Source of the DNA: Candidatus Sungiibacteriota bacterium | GTDB taxonomy: Bacteria; Patescibacteriota; Minisyncoccia; Sungbacterales; SURF-37 | DNA: 64,000 nucleotides | Direction: 5' to 3' | NCBI GenBank assembly: GCA_016186145.1 | Contig: JACPMF010000006.1 | Location: 1,906 to 65,905 of the forward strand | Notes under the pieces: model-generated | What the model saw: the letters and a program-made list of their open reading frames with translations, nothing else | What the model was told of the DNA's origin: nothing | The model's database searches: none | Made by a program: the position numbers and the translations under genes | Part shown: piece after piece, positions 18,706-27,565 of the stretch | Position numbering within the stretch: position 1 is the first letter of the stretch | Layout of the letters: the number at the start of each line of letters is the position of its first letter

Positions 18706-20382
18706 ATGAAATTATTTTATTTCCCAAAATTCGTAATGCTCTCTTTCGCAATCATTGCGCTTTCGTTTTTTGCGGTCTTTTTCGTTACCTTTGCTCTGAA
18801 TGAAGTATCGGCACAAATTAGCAATATTACATACCCAGTAGCAGAGTTGGGGAGTTGTGTCGGCCAGCAAGAATGTGAAGCTTACTGCGGTGTGCCAAGC
18901 AATTATTCAAAATGCGCCGCATTTGCCCAAAAAAATAATTTAGCAATAGAAATACCCGACGATAAAAAAGCCGTTTTTGCGGCGATGCAAAAAGGAGAGA
19001 GTCCGGGCGGATGCAAGGATGAAGCATCTTGCCGCAATTATTGCGAAGATATTGACCACATAGAGGAATGCGTCAATTTTGTGGAAAAATTTAACTTGGC
19101 CAGTTCTGACGAGTTAAAGGAAATACGCCAGATGGCCGATGTTAAAAAAGCGGGTGTGGCGTTTCCGGGAAACTGCAAAACCAAAGAAAACTGTTTAAAG
19201 TATTGTGATAATTCCGATAACGCGGTTGTATGTATGGAATTTGCCCTGAAAGCCGGATTTATACCGAAAGCAGATACCGAGGCGGTTAGTAAAATTCTTC
19301 CTTATCTGAAGAGCGGCGGGAAATTACCCGGTGGGTGCACGACAAGGGAATCGTGCGACACATACTGTAATGACGACGCTCATGTTACTGAATGCATTAA
19401 CTTTGCCGAAAAAACCGGATTTGTATCAAAAGAGGATGCCGACATAGTGAGGAAGACCGGCGGTAAGAGTCCGGGAAATTGTAAATCGAAAGAGGCATGC
19501 GACAGTTACTGTAAGAGTGAAACGCATATTGATGAATGCGTGGACTTTGCGGTAAAAGCCGGTCTTATCTCAAAAGAAGACGCAGAAATGGCCAAAAGAT
19601 TCAAAATTACTTCCGGCCCCGGCGGATGCAAGAGCAAAGCCGATTGTGAAGCCTTCTGTGTCGTAAACCAGGATACTTGTTTCCAATTTGCCAAGGACCA
19701 TGGAATGCTTAGCGAAGAAGATCTCAAGAACATTGAGGAACAGAAAAAGTTCCTGGAATCGCTTGGTAAGGCCTCTCCGGAGTGGTTTGCCTGCATGGAG
19801 AAAGAGCTCGGTTCACCCTTTTTTGAACGATTTAAGGCTGGAAAATTAACACAAACAGAAGCCAAATCTCCAGCCCTGGAAAAAGCGCAGAGAAAATGCG
19901 GGGGCGAGATGGCCCAGGAAAAAGAGGCCGCCTGTTTGGCACTTTCCTGCTCCGAGTTTGAGTCCTGTCTAAAAGCTCTGCAGTCAAGCGGCGGAGACCA
20001 GGACGGAGAACAACAAGAAGAAGGCGCTCCGAATCCGGCAGTTAATGCGAAGGCCCAATCCTGCCAACAAGAAAAAATTAACGCGTGTTTGGCAAAATCG
20101 TGCAGTGAATTTGACGCTTGTGTAAATGCTCTTCAGCAAGGTGGTGGAAAACAGGGCGGACAACAGCAGCAGGGAGAGTCGGATCCGAAGCTAAAAGCAA
20201 AAATCCAGGCCTGTACTGATGAAAAAATTAACGCGTGTATTGCCAAACCATGCGGTGAATTTCAAGCCTGTCTTAATTCTTTAGGCGCTGGAGGTGAAGG
20301 CGGAGCACAACAGGGCGCACCGAATCCGGCTGTTCAGTCCAAGCTTATGACATGCTTTCCTCCGCCTCCTTCAGGTGAATGA
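18706..20382 (+). CDS. Secreted cysteine-rich repeat protein
   Basis: Signal peptide; about six PG(G/N)CK...C..YC......C..FA repeats, then three ACxAxxCxEFxxC repeats. Confidence 0.85.
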   Translation: MKLFYFPKFVMLSFAIIALSFFAVFFVTFALNEVSAQISNITYPVAELGSCVGQQECEAYCGVPSNYSKCAAFAQKNNLAIEIPDDKKAVFAAMQKGESPGGCKDEASCRNYCEDIDHIEECVNFVEKFNLASSDELKEIRQMADVKKAGVAFPGNCKTKENCLKYCDNSDNAVVCMEFALKAGFIPKADTEAVSKILPYLKSGGKLPGGCTTRESCDTYCNDDAHVTECINFAEKTGFVSKEDADIVRKTGGKSPGNCKSKEACDSYCKSETHIDECVDFAVKAGLISKEDAEMAKRFKITSGPGGCKSKADCEAFCVVNQDTCFQFAKDHGMLSEEDLKNIEEQKKFLESLGKASPEWFACMEKELGSPFFERFKAGKLTQTEAKSPALEKAQRKCGGEMAQEKEAACLALSCSEFESCLKALQSSGGDQDGEQQEEGAPNPAVNAKAQSCQQEKINACLAKSCSEFDACVNALQQGGGKQGGQQQQGESDPKLKAKIQACTDEKINACIAKPCGEFQACLNSLGAGGEGGAQQGAPNPAVQSKLMTCFPPPPSGE

Positions 20383-20476
20383 GGGCCATCGAGCTCATTT
20401 ATAGGGCACTCATTTCTTACAACAATATCAAGGTTTCTTCTTAAATAACGGGGTTTTGATTTTTATAAAACGCCAG

Positions 20477-20504
20477 TAGACATCAAACAGCCTCTTTTTA
20501 TAGT
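20477..20504 (+). repeat. 28 bp exact direct repeat, copy 2
   Basis: Identical to 18315-18342. Confidence 0.95.
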
Positions 20505-20584
20505 GTCTACTTTGTCTACTGAGGCCCCGCCTGCGCTAAAGCTACGGACGGGCAGGTCGGATTTTGTTCGGGGGGGACAGCACG

Positions 20585-20789
20585 CGTATGCTAAAGTCAG
20601 GTGACTGAGGTGCCCGCCCTTTGGGCGGCATCGCATACGACTCCTTTCCACCATGTCATACCGGCTGATGGTTCGACAAGCTCACCATAAAGCGCCGCTT
20701 GTCCTGTTTATGCCGAGCCGTGTCGAGGGAGGCGGAGTCGAAGGATATTCAAGAACGAAAAGTCCGCTGTAAAGTCAGCGACTTTTCGT
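20585..20789 (+). repeat. Conserved structured motif, copy 3, interrupted by small palindromes
   Basis: Stem CGTATGC/GCATACG, CATACCGGCTGA[TGGTTCGACAAGCTCACCATAA]AGCGCCG...TATTCAAGAACGAAAA-hairpin-TTTTCGT. Confidence 0.7.
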
Positions 20790-20971
20790 CTGGACAGGGG
20801 AGCGCGTAAAATTTTCTCGAAGAAAATTATCAGTGCAAAAAGACTTATTTCATGATAAGCTTTTTATATTGTTTGCTTGCGATTTACCTTGTTAGAAATT
20901 TTGGATCAGCGGAATACGGTAAATAGCAGTGTTGAATTATATTATAGATGAACTTCTAGCGGAATTTGTTT

Positions 20972-22012
20972 ATGGTTAAAAAACTTCGCATTGCGCAACT
21001 TGCCCCCTTATGGATTCCGATACCGCCGCGAACATACGGCGGGATTGAGCTTATGCTCTCAGAACTGACAGAAGAGTTGGTAAAGCGTAAGTATGAGGTA
21101 ACGCTTTTTGCGTCTGGCGATTCAAAAACAACCGCGAAATTCGTCCCGATTATCGAAAAAGCGATTTGGCTTGATCATGAATTGAAAAATCCGCATGCGC
21201 CGGTGATGCGCATGCTGAAAGAGGTTTTTGAGAGGTTTTACGAGTTTGATGTTCTCCACAACCACTTCAATTTTTTCATGTTCCCGCTCTCACTACGTCT
21301 TGATTGTCCGCGATTTCTAACTACCGTTCATCGACCGGTTGACAAACAATATGCTGAAGCCATGAAAACCTATCATAAAATCAAGTATGTGGCGATCTCC
21401 GAAGATCATAAAAAAAGCATGGAAGAGTTGGGCGTTCCCGTGTGCGGCGTGGTCTATAACGGCATTGACCCCGCGCGTTATGAATTCAATGATTCTCCCG
21501 GCGATTATCTTTTATACTTGAGCCGTCTTAACCGAGAAAAAGGCGTGCTGACTGCCATTGAGGTTGCCAAGGCCATGGGACAAAAGTTGATTATTGCCGG
21601 AAACAGCGCAGGAAACGCCGAATGGTCTTTTTTCATGCACGAAATTCAGCCGCACCTCCATGACGACAATATCTCTTTTCGCGGACAGGTGAATTTTCAA
21701 GAAAAAGTTGCGCTTCTGAAAAACGCCAAGGCGCTTCTTTTTCCGATTGATCGTCGAGAGCCGTTCGGCCTTGTCATGATAGAGGCAATGGCTTGCGGAA
21801 CCCCGGTGATCGGTTTCAGAAAAGGTTCGGTGCCTGAAATAGTAGAACACGGAAAAACCGGCTTTGTTGTGAATACGCCGGAAGGGATGGTTAAGGCGAT
21901 AGGGCGGCTCTCAGAAATTAATCGAAAGATATGCCGCAAGACGGTAGAAGATAAATTCTCCTTGAAGCAAATGGTTGATAAATATGAGGAAATTTATAAA
22001 AAACTTGCCTAA
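20972..22012 (+). CDS. GT4-family glycosyltransferase
   Basis: IPPRTYGGIE, EPFGLVMIEAMACGTPVI. Confidence 0.92.
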   Translation: MVKKLRIAQLAPLWIPIPPRTYGGIELMLSELTEELVKRKYEVTLFASGDSKTTAKFVPIIEKAIWLDHELKNPHAPVMRMLKEVFERFYEFDVLHNHFNFFMFPLSLRLDCPRFLTTVHRPVDKQYAEAMKTYHKIKYVAISEDHKKSMEELGVPVCGVVYNGIDPARYEFNDSPGDYLLYLSRLNREKGVLTAIEVAKAMGQKLIIAGNSAGNAEWSFFMHEIQPHLHDDNISFRGQVNFQEKVALLKNAKALLFPIDRREPFGLVMIEAMACGTPVIGFRKGSVPEIVEHGKTGFVVNTPEGMVKAIGRLSEINRKICRKTVEDKFSLKQMVDKYEEIYKKLA

Positions 22013-23090
22013 AAAAACAAAAAAACTCCGCATCGCCCAAGTAGCGCCGCTGTGGTTTACTATCCCGCCAAAAGGATATGGCGGAATTGAGCGCATTGTT
22101 TCCATGCTTACGGAGGAACTTACGCGCCGAGGACACGCGGTAACGCTTTTTGCGGCTCCCGGTTCCCGAACTTCCGCAAAACTTATCTCGGTTTTTGACA
22201 AGCCTCTCAGCGAAGCAAATATCCCTTGGTCAAATCCTATTTGGAATTTAAGAAATCTTTCAACGGCATTCGAGATGGCGGACAAGGGAGCATTTGACAT
22301 CATTCACTCTCATCTTGATCTCTGGGCGCTTTTTTTTCAAAACCTGACGAAAGTACCTTCAATACACACCATGCATAACCCTCTTTATCGCACGAACGCC
22401 GATGCCACGAAAAATGAGCGCTTACGGCTTTTTACCGAAGAAGCGTCCCGCACCAATATCGTATTTATCAGCAAATCGGCGCGGAAACTTGCGATGGTAA
22501 ATTTGCCCAAAAGCCGGGTCATCTATAACGGCATTGATCTCAAACATTTTCGTTTCAATAAGAAGGGCGGCGAACATTTTATCTGGATCGCCAGGATGAA
22601 TAAGCATAAGGGTGTCGAGAATGCTATTGCGGCATGCGAGCAAATAAATGCCCGGCTTCTCCTTGCGGGAAGGATTGATCCCACCCAACGGGAATATTTT
22701 GAAAAGATGATTAAGCCGCACCTCAATGAAAAGATACGGTATGTTGGCGAGCTCAAAGACAACAAACTTTCCGAATTTTACGGCCGGGCGAAAGCCCTTC
22801 TTTACCCGATCGAATGGGAAGAGCCTTTCGGTTTAGTAGTTGCCGAAGCAATGGCCTGCGGCACGCCCGTGATTGCGTATAAGCGAGGATCGATGGAAGA
22901 ACTTATCAAAGACGGCGAAAGCGGATTTGTTGTCGAGAGCGACATTGGAAAACTTATTGAGGCAATGAAAAAGGTTGATACTGTTGATCGCGTCGCGGTT
23001 CGCAAACATACGAAAGATAATTTCAGCAAAGAACGAATGGTCGATGAATACGAAAAGCTTTACTACGAATTATGTCTAAAACAAAGATAG
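22005..23090 (+). CDS. GT4-family glycosyltransferase (start uncertain)
   Basis: IPPKGYGGIE, EPFGLVVAEAMACGTPVI. Confidence 0.92.
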   Translation: MPKKTKKLRIAQVAPLWFTIPPKGYGGIERIVSMLTEELTRRGHAVTLFAAPGSRTSAKLISVFDKPLSEANIPWSNPIWNLRNLSTAFEMADKGAFDIIHSHLDLWALFFQNLTKVPSIHTMHNPLYRTNADATKNERLRLFTEEASRTNIVFISKSARKLAMVNLPKSRVIYNGIDLKHFRFNKKGGEHFIWIARMNKHKGVENAIAACEQINARLLLAGRIDPTQREYFEKMIKPHLNEKIRYVGELKDNKLSEFYGRAKALLYPIEWEEPFGLVVAEAMACGTPVIAYKRGSMEELIKDGESGFVVESDIGKLIEAMKKVDTVDRVAVRKHTKDNFSKERMVDEYEKLYYELCLKQR

Positions 23091-24238
23091 CGGTTAAAAA
23101 AATCAAGCAGAAGTTGGAGGAAAATATCGAGACATTGCGAGACCCGGAATTCGGCTATATTCGCGCGGGGCTTCCGCGATTTGCCGCGCTCTTTGGAAGA
23201 GACTCGTGTATTGTCTCATGGCAGTTGATTGATTACGATCCTGATATTGCCCGCCGCACCATTAAAATCCTTGCCCGGCTTCAAGGCAAAAAAGTTGACA
23301 ATGAAAGCGAAGAGGAGCCCGGGAAAATTGTCCATGAATGGCACCCGAATCCGTCAGAATATAAATCACTGCAGTGGCCTTTGCCGTATTACGGCTCGGT
23401 GGATTCAACTCCGTTTTTCATATACCTTTGCGGCCTTTATTACGAAAAGACCGTTGATACCGAATGGCTTGTAAAATACTGGCCGCATATCGTTGCCGCT
23501 CTTGAGTGGTGTGAAAAATACGGAGATTTTGACGGCGATACGCTCCTTGAATATGAGAGAAAAAATCCCACCGGTCTTTTTCATCAAGGATGGAAAGATA
23601 GCCGCATGGATCATTTGGGGCTTATGACGCCGGTAGAGCTGGTCGAGGCGCAGGGGTATTACTATGCAGCGCTTCGCGAAGCTGCGGAGTTTGCGTTAAT
23701 GCTAAAAAACGAATCCCTCGAAAGGAATCTTCGTTCGCGTGCCGAAAAATTAAAAGAAGCTGCCCTAAAAGAATTCTGGCTTCCAGAGAAAAACTTTTTT
23801 GCCACCGCTCTTACGGAATCCAAATTTCCGGACAAGCGAATTTCTTCCAATCCGGGCCATCTTCTTTTCAGCGGGATTCTTGACGGCGAAGATTTTAAAA
23901 TTAAAGCTACAGTAGATCGCCTTTTTCAAAATGATATGTGGACGACCTATGGCATCCGCACCCATGCGGAGTCAAATTCTGACTTCAATCCGATGAGTTA
24001 TCACCTCGGATCAATCTGGCCGCACGACAACTGGATTATTGCGCAAGGGCTGAAAAAGCACGGATACAACAAAGAGTATCGGAAAATAAAACAAGGACTT
24101 CTTAACGCATATTCCGAACTTGGAGAAATTCCGGAGCTTTATGCCGTGGTGGATGGCAAAATTGAGCAGATTCCTGTTGCGTGCTCTCCTCAAGCGTGGG
24201 CAAGCGGCGCATTATTAAATTTTATTTTGGAAAAATGA
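23072..24238 (+). CDS. Amylo-alpha-1,6-glucosidase / glycogen-debranching-like (alpha/alpha)6 glycoside hydrolase
   Basis: AGLPRFAALFGRDS, YYGSVDSTP, QGWKDS, YHLGSIWPHDN, PQAWA. Confidence 0.9.
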   Translation: MSKTKIAVKKIKQKLEENIETLRDPEFGYIRAGLPRFAALFGRDSCIVSWQLIDYDPDIARRTIKILARLQGKKVDNESEEEPGKIVHEWHPNPSEYKSLQWPLPYYGSVDSTPFFIYLCGLYYEKTVDTEWLVKYWPHIVAALEWCEKYGDFDGDTLLEYERKNPTGLFHQGWKDSRMDHLGLMTPVELVEAQGYYYAALREAAEFALMLKNESLERNLRSRAEKLKEAALKEFWLPEKNFFATALTESKFPDKRISSNPGHLLFSGILDGEDFKIKATVDRLFQNDMWTTYGIRTHAESNSDFNPMSYHLGSIWPHDNWIIAQGLKKHGYNKEYRKIKQGLLNAYSELGEIPELYAVVDGKIEQIPVACSPQAWASGALLNFILEK

Positions 24239-25335
24239 AAAAACTCCGAATTGCCGCAATGGTCTCCGGTCACTTCACTACGCCGCCGCCCCCCGGCGTA
24301 ATTTACGCGCCGATGGATATTGCGGTTGCAGTAAGCGAGGGTTTGGCGAAGCGGGGTCACGACGTGACCTTCTTCGCTCCCGAAGGTTCAAAAATAAAAG
24401 TCTCAAAAAATGAAACCGCCGGACTGAAACCGTTGCGCCAAAACGGAAAGCTCGCAATTTTGGCCGGGCCGAATGTCGGCGGAGCAGAAAAGGCAAAAAT
24501 CTACAACCTTTGGGACCAATTCCTGCTTTCTGCCATATATAAAGAATCTCTTGACGGTAAATTTGACGTTGTTCATATTCATCCCGTTGATCGCGCATTA
24601 CCCTTAGCGTACGCAATGCGCAATATCCCAACGGTATATACGCTCCATGATCCCATTTATCCATGGCGTGCCGAAATTTTCCGAATGTTTTCCTCGCCCA
24701 ATCAGCATTATGTGTCAATTAGTGATTCGCAGCGGCTACCAGCCCCGGATCTTAATTATCTCGCGACGATTTATAACGGAATCGACACCAAAGAAATTCC
24801 CTTTTACGAAAAACCGAAGGGAAATTATTTATTATTTGTCGGTCGGCTTCATCCGGAAAAGGGCGTAGCAGAAGCGGTGGAAATTGCCCGAAAAACCGGG
24901 GATGAGCTCATAATCCTTGGACCGCCGGTTACCGGAGAATATTGGGACAAAAAAATTAAACCATATCTCGGAGAGAAAATTCGCCACATCGGCGTTGTTT
25001 CAAGAAAGGAACTGTACGAATATTATGGAAACGCGAGAGCAACACTCGTGCCAATCCAGTGGGAAGAACCCTTCGGGCTCGTAATGATAGAATCAATGGC
25101 CACGGGAACGCCGGTTATAGCATTTCGGCGCGGATCGGTGCCGGAGATCGTCGTTGGCGGTAAGAACGGTTTTATTGTTGACACCGTTGATGAGATGGCC
25201 GAAGCGATTAAAAGAGTTGGCGCAATTCGCAGAAACGATTGCCGCATTCATGTTGAAGAAAACTTCGGAATGGAGCGCATGATCGATCGCTATGAAGAAG
25301 CATTTTTGCAATTGGTGGGCACTAAGTCAGGTTAA
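24235..25335 (+). CDS. GT4-family glycosyltransferase
   Basis: GRLHPEKG, EPFGLVMIESMATGTPVI; ATGA overlap with upstream gene. Confidence 0.92.
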   Translation: MKKLRIAAMVSGHFTTPPPPGVIYAPMDIAVAVSEGLAKRGHDVTFFAPEGSKIKVSKNETAGLKPLRQNGKLAILAGPNVGGAEKAKIYNLWDQFLLSAIYKESLDGKFDVVHIHPVDRALPLAYAMRNIPTVYTLHDPIYPWRAEIFRMFSSPNQHYVSISDSQRLPAPDLNYLATIYNGIDTKEIPFYEKPKGNYLLFVGRLHPEKGVAEAVEIARKTGDELIILGPPVTGEYWDKKIKPYLGEKIRHIGVVSRKELYEYYGNARATLVPIQWEEPFGLVMIESMATGTPVIAFRRGSVPEIVVGGKNGFIVDTVDEMAEAIKRVGAIRRNDCRIHVEENFGMERMIDRYEEAFLQLVGTKSG

Positions 25336-25361
25336 AAGCATGGGAAAACACCGTAACTGAT

Positions 25362-25889
25362 ATGCGAAAATATTTGCGATACACATGGGCTAGCCCAAAG
25401 ATTGCCGCCGGAAAATCTCAAATACACGGCGAGGGCATTTTCGCAACTGAAAAAATAACCAGAGGAGAAAAAATTATGGAGTTTGGGGGAGAGTTGGTAT
25501 CGCGCGAGCAGGCATTTTCTGGAAATTATCGAAGCCGTTCAATCTGGATGGTGGATAAAGGTCATTTTCTTGCCTTGCCAAAAAGCGATACGCATATAAG
25601 CTTGGATGAGTATTTAAATCATTCCTGCGATGCGAATACCTGGCTTGAAGATGAGGTTACTATTGCGGCCTGCCGAGACATTAATTTTGGCGAGGAGATA
25701 ACTCTAGATCAGGGCACTTGGAATTTCGAAGACAGCGAATACACGGACAATCGTGAATTCTGCTCGTGTGGAACGACCCGGTGCCGCCATACGCTGACCA
25801 AAGATGATTGGAAACTTGTTGATATTCAAGAGCGATACAAAGATCATTTCCACCCCATGATTCAACAAAAGATTGATGCGATAGTATAA
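25362..25889 (+). CDS. SET-domain protein with post-SET motif
   Basis: GEGIFA, YLNHSCDAN, GEEITLD, CSCGTTRCR. Confidence 0.9.
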   Translation: MRKYLRYTWASPKIAAGKSQIHGEGIFATEKITRGEKIMEFGGELVSREQAFSGNYRSRSIWMVDKGHFLALPKSDTHISLDEYLNHSCDANTWLEDEVTIAACRDINFGEEITLDQGTWNFEDSEYTDNREFCSCGTTRCRHTLTKDDWKLVDIQERYKDHFHPMIQQKIDAIV

Positions 25890-25912
25890 AGAAGATCGAC
25901 GCGGCAAAAGTT

Positions 25913-26872
25913 ATGGAAAAATTTCAAAGACGGATCAAATTCAGCGGTGATATCCGCCCGCTTTTAGAAAAGATCGCGTTTGATTATAAATTAGGCCTCT
26001 ATAAAACGCACCGCATTATCCCTGTCGGTTACGAGGATTACAACCTCGTGCTCACGACTGAAAAAGATAGATATTTTGTAAAAATTTTCGCCTCCTATCG
26101 TTCGAGGGCGAACTGCGAACGGTATATCGCGATCATTCGTCAAGCTTTGAGACACGGAGTTTGCCATCCCATGCTTTATAAATCTCCGAGTGGATTTTTA
26201 TATTCATTGAATCTAAACAAAATCATGCTCCGGTTATGCGTGATGGAATATATAGATGGAACTAGCCTCTATTCTTTGGGGGGAAATTTGAGTCAAAAAA
26301 AGGCGAAATTCCTTATCAAACAGGCGGCACTTATTAACCAAATCAAGTTAAGGCCGAAATTCGTTTACGATAGCTGGGCGATTTCAAACTTTCTTAAGGA
26401 GTACAAGAAAAAGCGAAAATTTCTCGGAGTCAAAGAGCAAACAGCGCTTGATCGGCTCAAAAAGCAATTCGTACAAGTTTCAATTCGAAAATTGCCTCGT
26501 TGTTTAGTTCACGGGGACATTATTAAAACGAATGTTTTGAAAGATAAGAACGGGAGGCTCCATATCATTGATTTCTCGGTTGCAAACTATTATCCGCGAA
26601 TACAGGAATTAGCTGTTTTACTCTGCAGCGTCCTTTTCGATGAAAAATGCCCGGAGAAGATGGAAGACCAAAGACGTTTCGCCTTAAAGGAATACAAAAA
26701 ACATATCAAACTTACTGATGCAGAGGTCCTCGCTTTCCCTATTTTCTGCGATGTTGCTCATGCGATGCACCTGCTTCAGGCCGCTTACGAAGAAAAGGTG
26801 AAGCATAATACCAGTAAGGAGAATAAATACTGGTTAAGGTTGGGTAGAATCGGCCTCGGAGTCGCAAAATAA
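25913..26872 (+). CDS. APH / homoserine kinase type II-like phosphotransferase
   Basis: GYEDYN, YFVKI, VHGDIIKTNV, IIDF. Confidence 0.85.
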   Translation: MEKFQRRIKFSGDIRPLLEKIAFDYKLGLYKTHRIIPVGYEDYNLVLTTEKDRYFVKIFASYRSRANCERYIAIIRQALRHGVCHPMLYKSPSGFLYSLNLNKIMLRLCVMEYIDGTSLYSLGGNLSQKKAKFLIKQAALINQIKLRPKFVYDSWAISNFLKEYKKKRKFLGVKEQTALDRLKKQFVQVSIRKLPRCLVHGDIIKTNVLKDKNGRLHIIDFSVANYYPRIQELAVLLCSVLFDEKCPEKMEDQRRFALKEYKKHIKLTDAEVLAFPIFCDVAHAMHLLQAAYEEKVKHNTSKENKYWLRLGRIGLGVAK

Positions 26873-26954
26873 ATCCCCACCAAGATTCTTCCACCAGCGG
26901 CTTTGGTTTAAAAAAAGCCATCGTGTAAACGATGGCTGTTACGGATATATCCGG

Positions 26955-27431
26955 TTAGAACTTCGCGATTGTCACGTACGCGTCAGAGATGTGGAGGTTG
27001 AGTTCTTTCTCAAGGAGCTGCTCCCATTCGGCCGCAGTAGCACAGAGTTCATCGTAGATTGTCTCGTCGAAAACATGCACCGTGCGCGTGCTTACCTCGA
27101 CCAGAGCAGGGTACTGATCCGGCTTTTCCGGCTCGACTTTGTCCACGACAAAGTCAGGGATAGCAACCCTTCAACCAAAGCCATTCATTCTGACGACCCC
27201 AACCAACGCATCGTCGGTAAGACAAGCGTTGCTGTGTTCGCGGTTTGACTGCATCACAAGACTCAAAACCTCTTGAGCGCGTTCCTCGCCAAGAACTTCC
27301 GAAGAGAGATAATCAAGTAGCCGAAATCCTTTGGGCGCAAGGGCCCTGTTGAAAGCCGGAAGGATAGTTTCCTTGAATGCTCGTTCCATCAGCGGCCTGT
27401 CGGGCACCGCAAACGCCTCTGTTTTTGGCAC
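26955..27431 (-). pseudogene. Orphan gene split by one in-frame TGA (27171-27173)
   Basis: ORFs 27171-27431 and 26955-27146 are in the same frame: GFG*RVAIPDFVVDKVE; own promoter, SD and terminator. Confidence 0.6.
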
Positions 27432-27469
27432 GTCGTGCCTCCGTTCTCTGCTTCTTAAGCGGTAATAAA

Positions 27470-27513
27470 TTAAAGAGCATTCACAGTATAACTGTCATGG
27501 ACAAGATGTCAAC
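27470..27513 (-). promoter_or_regulatory. Promoter plus boxA-like site
   Basis: TTGACA-17-TATACT followed by TGCTCTTTAA. Confidence 0.75.
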
Positions 27514-27565
27514 TACAGCCAATAGATACGCTCGTCCTATTATTGTATAATGGCTTAACACTATT

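Larger units (their letters stand above)
3660..20790. mobile_element. Accessory/defence island downstream of tRNA-Gln, no integrase visible
   Basis: Non-core defence and secreted-protein genes starting at the tRNA 3' end, with repeated boundary motifs; boundaries approximate. Confidence 0.65.

Noticed and set aside
20571-20580. Inverted tRNA-Gln 3' end (GGGGGACAG) as an att site
   Set aside because: Only 9 bp, low complexity and in the wrong orientation for a direct att repeat.
3660-20790. Integrase, transposase, retron or DGR in the island
   Set aside because: No recombinase, DDE, HUH or reverse transcriptase motifs in any ORF.
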